From: an uncultured Chloroflexia bacterium
Lineage (GTDB): Bacteria > Chloroflexota > Limnocylindria > Limnocylindrales > CSP1-4
Length of the DNA stretch: 64,000 nucleotides
NCBI GenBank assembly: GCA_963716375.1
Contig: OY970306.1
Location: forward strand, 1,378,676-1,442,675
Reading direction: 5' to 3'
The notes below the pieces were generated by a model. That model made no database searches. It saw only the letters and a program-made list of their open reading frames with translations, and was not told the DNA's origin. Made by a program: the position numbers and the translations under genes. Shown in pieces: positions 56,463 through 64,000 of the stretch. The stretch's first letter is position 1. Each line of letters opens with the position of its first letter.

Positions 56463-58968
56463 ATGGGCCGGCACGAACCGGAGTCGCCGACACCAGCCCT
56501 CGGCGATGACGCGCCGACGCTCGGGCTGGTCGAACCGGTCGCGGCGGGCGGGCGCCTCGTCGAAGTGGCGGTCGACGCGGCCGGTGGCGGCGGCAACCGG
56601 ACCTACACCTACCATCTCCCGGATCGGCTGGCCGACGTGGTCCCGGGCGAGGCGGTCCTCGTGGAGTACGGCCGCCGGCAGGCCCTGGCCGTGATCCTCG
56701 CCGAGGCGGCCATCGTGCCGGGCCTGGCCACGAAACCCGTCCTCGACCGGATCCGGGCGGATGGGCCGCTGCTGCCGCCGCTGGCGCTGGCCCTCGCCCG
56801 CTGGATCGCGACGACCTATCTCGCCCCGCCCGCGGTCGTCCTGCGGGCGATGCTGCCGCCCGGGGTCCTCGAACGGCTCGAGCTCGTCGCCGAGCTGGCC
56901 CCGGGCGCCGAAGAACCGGGCGAGCCGCAGGAACGTGACGTGATCGACCAGCTGCGCGGCGGCCCGAAGGCCGTGCGCGACCTCGTCGCGGCCGACGGGC
57001 GGCCGGCCCTCGTCCGGCGGCTTCGCGGACTCGCGGCACGCGGCATCATCAGCCTCGACTGGACGCTGCTCGCCGCAACGGCCGGGCCTCGCTTCGAACG
57101 CTGGGTCACGATCTCCGCAGCCGGTCGCGACCGGTTGGCCGGCCTCGGCGGGCCGGATCAGCGCCGGCTCGGGCCGAGGCAGCTGGCCCTCCTCGCCGAG
57201 CTGGCCGAGGCCGGGCCGACCGGCCTGGCCGCCGCGGGTTTGAACGAGCGGCACGGTTCTTCGGCGCTGGCGGGGCTGGTTCGGCGCGGCCTCGTCGACC
57301 AGGAGGTCCGGGAGCGCCAGCGGCGACCCCTGGCGAAGCGAGCTCCGGGCCTGCGAGGAGCCCGGCCGGCTGGCAGCGAACTCACGCCCGAGCAGGCGGA
57401 CGCCGTCGCGCTGATCGGCCGATCCATCGCCGAAGGAGACTCGACGCCGCGTGCTCCTGGACGGGGTGACCGGGGCGGGCAAGACTGCGGTCTACGTCGA
57501 GGCGATCGCGGCGAGCCTCGATGCCGGCCGCCCAGTCCTCGTCCTCGTCCCGGAGATCGCCCTGGCTCTGCCGCTCGTCGATCGGCTGCGAGCCGACCTG
57601 GCGGCCCGGGTCGCACTCGTCCATTCGGGCCTGGGGGCCGGCGAACGCGCCGACGAGTGGCGGCGGATCCGGAGTGGCGACATCGACATCGTGGTCGGCA
57701 CGCGGCTGGCCGCCCTGGCGCCGCTCGCCGACGTCGGGCTGATCGTCGTCGACGAGGAACACGAGGCGGCGTACAAGAGCGATCGCACGCCGCGGCTCCA
57801 GGCCCGCGACGCCGTGATCGAGCTCGGGCGGCTGGCCGGCGCCGCGGTCGTGCTGGGCAGTGCCACCCCGTCGGTCGAAAGCTTCGGCCGAGCGCTCGCC
57901 GGCGAGTATCGCCGGATCGAGCTGCCCAACCGGACCTCGGGCCGCGCACCCTCGATCGAGCTCGTCGATCTGCGCGCCGAGCTCGCCGCCGGCAACCGGG
58001 GGTTGTTCTCGTCGGCACTGGCCGCGGCGCTGGCGGGACTGGACACGGCTGCCGGCGAGCGCGCCATCCTCGTGATCAATCGTCGCGGGGCGGCGTCGGT
58101 CGTCCTCTGCCGGGATTGCGGCTACGTCCAGGTCTGCCCGGAATGCGGCCTGCCGCTCGTCTTCCACCAGGCCGGCGGGACGTTGCGCTGCCATCACTGC
58201 GGAACGGCGGCCCCCGCCGCCACCCGCTGCCCGAACTGCCGCTCGTCGCGGATCCGCTACCTCGGCGGCGGCACGGAGCGGGTCGAGCGCGAAGTCCACG
58301 ATCGGTTCCCGGGGCTGCGTGTCGGCCGGCTGGATCGCGACGTCGTGGAGCAGCGCGGCGCCGCTGAACGCGTGATCGACGCGTTCTCCGAGGGGCGGCT
58401 GGACGTCCTCGTCGGGACCAGCCTCGTCGCCAAGGGCCTCGACATCCCGCAGGTCACGCTCGTCGGGATCGTCTCGGCCGATATCGCGCTGAACCTGCCC
58501 GACGAACGAGCCGCGGAGCGGACGTTCCAGCTGCTCGTGCAGGCCGTCGGCCGCGCCGGCCGGGGCGATCGGCCGGGCCGGGCGATCATCCAGAGCTACC
58601 AGCCCGAGCACCCGGCGATCCAGGCCGTCGTGAGCGGCGATCTGCGCGCCTTCTACGACACCGAGCTCGCGGCGCGCCGCCGGTTCGGCTCGCCTCCGTT
58701 CGGGCGCCTCGTCAAGCTCACGGTGGGCCTGCCGGACGCCGCTGCCGCCCAGGCCGAGGCGGGCCGCATGGCCGAGATGCTGCGCGCGAGGACCGCGGAT
58801 CGACGCAGCGATGTCACGGTCGTCGGCCCCGCCCCGGCCTACGTCGCGCGGCGGGCCGGGCGCTGGCGCTGGAACCTGCTGCTCCGCGGCGCCCGCCCGG
58901 CCGAGCTGCTGGACGGTGGCCTCGACGCACCATGGTCCGTGGACGTGGACCCGGAATCGACCCTCTGA
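56463..58968 (+). CDS. priA: primosomal replication-restart helicase PriA, frame broken by a +1 indel near 57447-57450
   Basis: The N-terminal DNA-binding part is in the ATG 56463 frame. The helicase core is in the next frame (LLDGVTGAGKT, VVDEEH, Cys cluster CRDCGYVQVCPECG...CHHCG...CPNC). The junction reads ...AEGDSTP|VLLDGVTG at CCGCGTGCTC. Confidence 0.9.
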
Positions 58969-59077
58969 ATCCTCGATCCTCGGGCCCATGGCGTCGCGGA
59001 GCTCCGCCTGGACATCGGAGGGCGGGTGGCGGCAGATCGACGAGGGTGCCGGTTGCGACCGGCGCGGAAGCCGCCCG

Positions 59078-59083
59078 TATAAT
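59078..59083 (+). promoter_or_regulatory. consensus -10 TATAAT, 7 nt before the def ATG (leaderless predicted)
   Basis: ccgTATAATcggcgccATG. Confidence 0.55.
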
Positions 59084-59090
59084 CGGCGCC

Positions 59091-59615
59091 ATGAGCATTC
59101 GACCCATCGTCCTGCTCGGCGACCCGCGGCTTCGGCTGAAGGGACTGCCGGTGGACAGCTTCGGCAAGTACCTCCACGAACTCCTCGACGACCTGACGGC
59201 GACGATGCGCGACGCGCCCGGCGTCGGCCTCGCGGCGCCCCAGCTCGGCGAGCCCGTCCAGGCCTGCGTCATCGAGGTCGCCGACCAGCTGCACGAGCTG
59301 GTCAACCCGATGATCGTGCGGGGCGACGGCGACGACCGCGACCTCGAGGGCTGTCTCTCGATCCCGGGCTACGTGGCCTACGTGACCCGCCGCGAGCGGG
59401 TCTGGGTCGTCGCCCAGAACCGGTTCGGCAGGAAGATCAAGGTCGCCGGCAGCGGTCTCCTCGGGCGCGCGCTCCAGCACGAGCTCGACCACCTCGATGG
59501 CAAGCTGTACATCGACTACCTCGACTCCATGGACGAGCTCATCCCGGTCGGTGGCCGCGACGGCGACGAGGCCGAATCCGACGAGATGCGCGAGGCGACC
59601 AGCGCGCTCGCCTGA
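59091..59615 (+). CDS. def: peptide deformylase
   Basis: GVGLAAPQ, EGCLS and QHELDH motifs. ATG lies 7 nt after a consensus TATAAT. Confidence 0.95.
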   Translation: MSIRPIVLLGDPRLRLKGLPVDSFGKYLHELLDDLTATMRDAPGVGLAAPQLGEPVQACVIEVADQLHELVNPMIVRGDGDDRDLEGCLSIPGYVAYVTRRERVWVVAQNRFGRKIKVAGSGLLGRALQHELDHLDGKLYIDYLDSMDELIPVGGRDGDEAESDEMREATSALA

Positions 59616-59625
59616 GCGCCGGGCC

Positions 59626-60678
59626 GTGAGCGCCGGCGCCGGCAGCGAGGGCCATCGTGACGTCGATCGCGCCGAGCCGGCCTCGGCGCCGCAACCGGCG
59701 CTTTCGAACGCCGCTGGCGGGAGCGCCGCCGGCCGGACCCCCACCGTCTTCATTGGCAGTGGCGCGTTTGCCGTGCCCGCCCTGCGCCGGCTCGCCGCCC
59801 ACCCTGACGTCGCGCTCGTCGGCGTCGTCACGGCGCCGCCGCGTCCGGCCGGCCGCCACCTCCGGCTGGTGCCGTCCGCCGTGGCGGCCGCCGCGACGGA
59901 ATTGGGCATCGGGCCGATCCTGACGCCCGGGCGCCTGCGCGCGCAGGACGCGGTCGCCGCCGTCCTGGACCTCGGACCGGAGCTCATCGTGCTCGCCGAT
60001 TACGGCCAGATCGTGCCGCCGGCACTGCTCGAGCTGCGTCACGGGGCGCTGAACCTGCATCCGTCGCTGCTGCCCCGCCATCGCGGCGCGAGCCCGATCC
60101 CGGCGACGATCCTGGCGGGTGACGAACGTACCGGCGTCAGCCTGATGCGGATGGATGCGGGCCTCGACACGGGGCCCCTGGTGGCCGTCGAACGCATCGA
60201 CCTGGCGGGCGATGAGACCACCCCTGGCCTGGAGGTCCATCTCGCCGCGATCGCGGCCGATCTGCTGGAACGCTCACTCGGCGCCTGGTTGCGCGGCGAT
60301 CTGCCGGCGCGACCGCAACCCTCTGAAGGCGCCACCTTGACGCGGCCCCTCCGCCGGTCGGACGGACGACTGGACCCCGATCGATCGATCGTCGAGTTGG
60401 AGCGGCAGGTGCGGGCCTACCAGCCCTGGCCAGGGAGCTGGTTCGAGGCGGCCGGATTGCGCGTCCTCGTCCACTCGGCCGAGATCGTGCCCGGGCCGTT
60501 GCGCGATGTTCCCGGTCGGCTGACCGCCAGTGATGGCCTTGCGCTCGTTGCCGCCGACGGAATCCTGGCGCTCGGCGAGGTGCAACTGGCCGGCGGGCGT
60601 CGAATGCCGGCGGCGGACCTCCGGCGCGGTCACCCGGAACTCATCGGGGCGCGGATCGACCCGGCGGAGCCTGCCTGA
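59626..60678 (+). CDS. fmt: methionyl-tRNA formyltransferase
   Basis: GALNLHPSLLPRHRGASPI (formyltransferase core) and a C-terminal beta-barrel domain. GTG 59626 is the first in-frame start after def. Confidence 0.85.
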   Translation: MSAGAGSEGHRDVDRAEPASAPQPALSNAAGGSAAGRTPTVFIGSGAFAVPALRRLAAHPDVALVGVVTAPPRPAGRHLRLVPSAVAAAATELGIGPILTPGRLRAQDAVAAVLDLGPELIVLADYGQIVPPALLELRHGALNLHPSLLPRHRGASPIPATILAGDERTGVSLMRMDAGLDTGPLVAVERIDLAGDETTPGLEVHLAAIAADLLERSLGAWLRGDLPARPQPSEGATLTRPLRRSDGRLDPDRSIVELERQVRAYQPWPGSWFEAAGLRVLVHSAEIVPGPLRDVPGRLTASDGLALVAADGILALGEVQLAGGRRMPAADLRRGHPELIGARIDPAEPA

Positions 60679-60742
60679 GGCCTGGCCGCGCGAAGCACAG
60701 GCGGCTGCCGCGGGTGACGCCTTCGGAATGGCCCGATCCGGG

Positions 60743-60751
60743 TGCGATAAT
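60743..60751 (+). promoter_or_regulatory. extended -10 TGCGATAAT upstream of rlmN
   Basis: 34 nt before ATG 60786. Confidence 0.45.
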
Positions 60752-60785
60752 CGACCCTGCTCCCCGCCACACCAAGCCGAGACCG

Positions 60786-62121
60786 ATGCCCATCTCCTCC
60801 GGCGGCCCAGCCGCCCCCGAGCGCCCCTCGCTGGCCGTCCTGCCGCTCGCGGCCGTCCGCGATCCGCGGCCGGGGCTGTCCGGCGTCGAATCCGGTCGCG
60901 CTGGAGGCCTGGGTCGCGGCTGCCGGTGAGCCCGGCTACCGGGTCCGCCAGATCGAGGACGGCGTATGGCGGCTGAACGCGTCGGTCGCGGACGAGTTCC
61001 GGACACTGCCGGCCGTGCTGCGCGAACGTCTCGGCGAGTCCTTCCGGGTCGACACGCTGGCCGACACGGAGCTGACCGTGAGCGATGGCGGACTGACCGA
61101 GAAGGGCCTCCATCGACTGTCGGACGGGGCACTGATCGAGTCCGTCCTGATGCACTACCCCGCGCGGACCGGCCAGCGCGAACGCAACACGCTCTGCATC
61201 TCGAGCCAGGCCGGCTGCGCCGTCGGCTGCCCGTTCTGCGCCACGGGCGAGCTCGGGTTCGGGCGGGACCTCGAGACGGCCGAGATCGTCGACCAGGTCC
61301 GGGCCGCCGCGCGCCGCCTGGCCGAACGGGGCCGGCGGCTGACCAACGTCGTCTTCATGGGCATGGGCGAGCCGCTGCTCAATCTCGATCGCGTCCTGGA
61401 GGCCGTCACGGCCCTCTCGGATCCGCGGCGATTCGGCCTCGGAGCCCGGCACATCACCGTTTCGACCTCGGGCGTCGTGCCGGGCATCCGCCGGCTGACG
61501 GCGCTCGGGCCCCAGTTCACCCTGGCCGTCTCGCTCCACGCGGCGCGCGATCCGCTGCGCGACGTGCTGGTGCCGCTGAACCGCCGCTGGCCCGTCGCGG
61601 AGGTCGTGGCCGCGGCCCGCGATCACGCCCGGACCACGGGCCGCCGCATCTCGTACGAGGTCACGCTCATCGGCGGCATCAACGACACGCCGGCGGACGC
61701 CGATGCCCTGGCCGACCTCCTCCACGACGACCACGTCCACGTCAACCTGATCCCGATGAATCCCGTGGCCCACACGCCGTGGCAGGCCAGCCCGATGCCC
61801 GTCATCGAGGCGTTCGCGGCCACGTTGCGGGCCGCCGGCATCGCGACCACGGTCCGTCGCAACCGCGGCCAGGAGATCGGCGCGGCCTGCGGTCAGCTGG
61901 CCGCGGAGCGGGCAGGGGAGCCGCCCGCGCCGACCGTGGCGCGACGGCGGGAACGAATCGTGGCCGAGAGCGCCGCGGCCCTGCGGGGCGAGCGAAGCGT
62001 CGTGCCACTGGCGGCCGAGGCCGCTCGGGAAGCGGACGCGGTCGGTTCGGTCGGCTGCGGTCGCCGACACCGGGCGCGGAAGCAAGGGCCGCCGGCCGAT
62101 CGCCCCCGGCGTTCGCGCCTG
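60786..62121 (+). CDS. rlmN: 23S rRNA/tRNA m2A methyltransferase RlmN (radical SAM). It has a +1 indel near 60885-60895 and no in-frame stop before rpe.
   Basis: Conserved N-terminus ...LEAWVAAAGEPGYRVRQI lies upstream of any start codon in its frame and is reached only from ATG 60786 in the previous frame. Motifs: SSQAGCAVGCPFCATG (CxxxCxxC), GMGEPLLN and AACGQL. Confidence 0.8.
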
Positions 62122-63114
62122 ATGGGCACGGGCCGCGCTCGCGTCGCCGCGAGCATCCTCGACGCCGACTTCTCGAATCTCGGCTACGCCGTCCGGCGGG
62201 CGGCCGCCAACGGCGCGGACCGGATCCACCTCGATGTCATGGACGGCCATTTCGTGCCCAACCTGACCTTCGGGCCGAAGATGATCAAGGCCTTGCGGCG
62301 GATCACCCGCCTGCCGCTCGACGCGCACCTGATGATCTCCGAGCCGGGGCGCTACATCGGGGAATACCTCGATGCCGGGTGCGACTCGGTGACGTTCCAC
62401 GTCGAGATCGACGAGCCGATCGAGCCGACGCTGCGGGCGATCCGGGCGGCGGGCCGGGCGGCGGGCCTCGCCATCCGGCCGGCTACGCCGCTGACGGCCC
62501 TCGAGCCGTATCGCGAGCTCCTCGACATCATCCTCGTCATGACGGTCGAGCCGGGCTTCGGCGGCCAGTCGTTCATGCGCGACGCCGCGCGCAAGATCCT
62601 GCCGGCGCGGGACTACCTCTCGCACAAGGCCTTCGGGGGCGAGGTCCACGTCGACGGCGGAATCAGCCGCGAGACGGCCGAATTCGTCGGCGGGCTCGGC
62701 GTGGACATCCTGGTCGTCGGCTCGGCGCTCTGGATCAAGGGCCACAACATGGGCCGCGAGATCCGGCTCATCCGGGCGCTGGCCGACGAGGGCTACCAGT
62801 ACGGGCTCAACGACGGCAGGCCGCCGATCCCGCGCGACAACTGGGTCACGTTCGTGAGCCTGCCCAAGACGATCGGTTCCCGCCTCATGCGGACGATCGA
62901 AGCCGGCGGGGTCCCGGTGATCATGTTGCGCGGCGACGGCCAGATCAATCCGGACGGCGTACGCGACTACGAACTGCTCGTGCCGGCGAGCGTGGAGGCA
63001 CTGACCGTCGAGCGCCATGCCGCCGAACGAGCGGCGGCACTCCGGGAGGCCGACGCGTGGCGCGACGAGGTTCGGGCGACCCAGCCCGGCGATTCCTCGG
63101 CGCCGAGGGCCTGA
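62122..63114 (+). CDS. rpe: ribulose-phosphate 3-epimerase with a ~108-aa C-terminal extension
   Basis: [24 protein letters not shown] and [15 protein letters not shown] 62122 sits in a TGATG context. The extension spans 62791-63114. Confidence 0.85.
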   Translation: MGTGRARVAASILDADFSNLGYAVRRAAANGADRIHLDVMDGHFVPNLTFGPKMIKALRRITRLPLDAHLMISEPGRYIGEYLDAGCDSVTFHVEIDEPIEPTLRAIRAAGRAAGLAIRPATPLTALEPYRELLDIILVMTVEPGFGGQSFMRDAARKILPARDYLSHKAFGGEVHVDGGISRETAEFVGGLGVDILVVGSALWIKGHNMGREIRLIRALADEGYQYGLNDGRPPIPRDNWVTFVSLPKTIGSRLMRTIEAGGVPVIMLRGDGQINPDGVRDYELLVPASVEALTVERHAAERAAALREADAWRDEVRATQPGDSSAPRA

Positions 63115-63121
63115 GGCCCGG

Positions 63122-63574
63122 ATGCGAGCGCTCCTGCAGCGGGTCAGCCGGGCCGAGGTCCGGGTCGAGGGGGAGGCCGTCGGCTCGATCGGGACGGGCC
63201 TGCTGATCCTCCTGGGCGTCGGACCCGACGACACGGGCGCGATCGCGGATTCGCTGGCCCGCCGGATCGCCGAGCTGCGCATCTTCCGGGACGAGGCGGG
63301 CCGGACGAATCGGTCGCTCGAGGATATCGACGGCGCGGCGCTGGTGGTCAGCCAGTTCACGCTCTTCGCGGACACGCGGCGGGGCCGACGGCCGGGATTC
63401 ACGGGGGCGGCCCCAGCGGAGCTCGCCGAACGGCTCTACGAGCGGTTCTGCGGGGCCCTCGAGGCGCTCGGACGGCCCGTCGGACGTGGGCGGTTCGGCG
63501 CCGAGATGGCCGTCGAACTCATCAACGACGGCCCGTTCACGATCTGGCTCGATAGCGAGGCCGGAGCGCCCTAG
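63122..63574 (+). CDS. dtd: D-aminoacyl-tRNA deacylase
   Basis: MRALLQRV..., SQFTLFADT and [10 protein letters not shown]. Confidence 0.9.
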   Translation: MRALLQRVSRAEVRVEGEAVGSIGTGLLILLGVGPDDTGAIADSLARRIAELRIFRDEAGRTNRSLEDIDGAALVVSQFTLFADTRRGRRPGFTGAAPAELAERLYERFCGALEALGRPVGRGRFGAEMAVELINDGPFTIWLDSEAGAP

Positions 63575-63768
63575 CTGGCCGTCCTCGACAGGGTCCGGCG
63601 GCAGCGGGTGCAGACCATGGCCTTCTTCGTCGCGCCGTCCTTGGTGATGACGAGCTGCTGAAGGTTGGGCTGGTAGCGGCGGTGCGCGCGGACGCGGTTC
63701 ATCCCGGACGACTGTGGGTTGAACCCGCCCATCGAGACTTTGCCGCAGATCGCGCAGGCACGAGCCAT
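63571..63768 (-). CDS. rpmB: 50S ribosomal protein L28
   Basis: [17 protein letters not shown]...SHSGMN-like core and RYQPNLQ. AGGGGA RBS. Confidence 0.9.
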   Translation of the reverse strand: MARACAICGKVSMGGFNPQSSGMNRVRAHRRYQPNLQQLVITKDGATKKAMVCTRCRRTLSRTAS

Positions 63769-63828
63769 GAAAGATCCCCTGAACTGGTCGGTCGGAAGCG
63801 TGGGCCCGAGGGGGCCGCAGCGGGGCGG

Positions 63829-63838
63829 TATGATAGCA
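63829..63838. promoter_or_regulatory. overlapping divergent -10 elements: TATGAT (+ strand, Asp23-like gene) and TGCTATCAT (- strand, rpmB)
   Basis: + strand reads cggTATGATagca. The reverse complement reads TGCTATCATaccg. Confidence 0.45.
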
Positions 63839-63886
63839 CACGGTCTGCGGCCGCCGACCGCAAACGGCAGTCGCCCGCGGCGCCCG

Positions 63887-64000
63887 ATGGCTGCGCCCCG
63901 TCGAACGCGCGTGGAGGACGGCGCCGTGCCCAGCAGTGTCCCCGGTCGAAGCTACGTCACACGCCGTGCCATCGTCGAGATCGTCCGCGCGGCGGCCCTC
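63887..64000 (+). CDS. 5' end of an Asp23/Gls24-like protein (partial, runs off window)
   Basis: ...VPGRSYVTRRAIVEIVRAAAL resembles Asp23-family N-termini, and the position next to rpmB is typical. The start could be ATG 63887 or GTG 63926 (GGAGGA RBS at 63913-63918). Confidence 0.45.
   Translation, partial: MAAPRRTRVEDGAVPSSVPGRSYVTRRAIVEIVRAAAL

Overview
This is a 64-kb, very GC-rich, gene-dense chromosomal segment with about 55 protein genes and 8 tRNAs. I saw no rRNA, CRISPR array, transposase or integrase. Most of it is core housekeeping: coaE-uvrB-uvrA...uvrC with a UvrD-like helicase, secDF-recJ, pyrF, tatAC, rapZ-yvcK-whiA-tpiA-gpmI-secG, rpsF-ssb-rpsR, an LCP-family protein, ileS-lspA-rluD-gmk-priA, def-fmt-rlmN-rpe-dtd and rpmB. 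The gene order resembles a monoderm Actinomycetota/Chloroflexota-type bacterium, but that is inferred from synteny only. The one clearly accessory block sits directly after a five-tRNA cluster. It is an ~8.8-kb gene (33203-41972) for a ~2,900-aa secreted protein made of 29 tandem copies of an ~85-95-aa two-Cys/two-Trp repeat that I cannot assign to a named family. The repeats are dense in N-x-S/T sequons, and the array contains a nearly perfect 1,269-bp (five-repeat) tandem duplication. An orphan receiver-domain/TadZ(CpaE)-like ATPase converges on this gene. Other recurring patterns: at least 11 single-base indels break otherwise conserved genes (uvrB, ileS twice, priA, rlmN and the giant gene), most simply explained as consensus errors. 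TAnnnT -10 elements lie 6-8 nt from start codons, suggesting leaderless mRNAs. Seven gene pairs are coupled by GTGA start/stop overlaps. Low-complexity Ala/Pro/Ser/Gly inserts occur in conserved proteins. rlmN and rpe read through as one in-frame ORF. All calls come from reading the ORF-track translations and the nucleotide sequence by eye. No database search was run.
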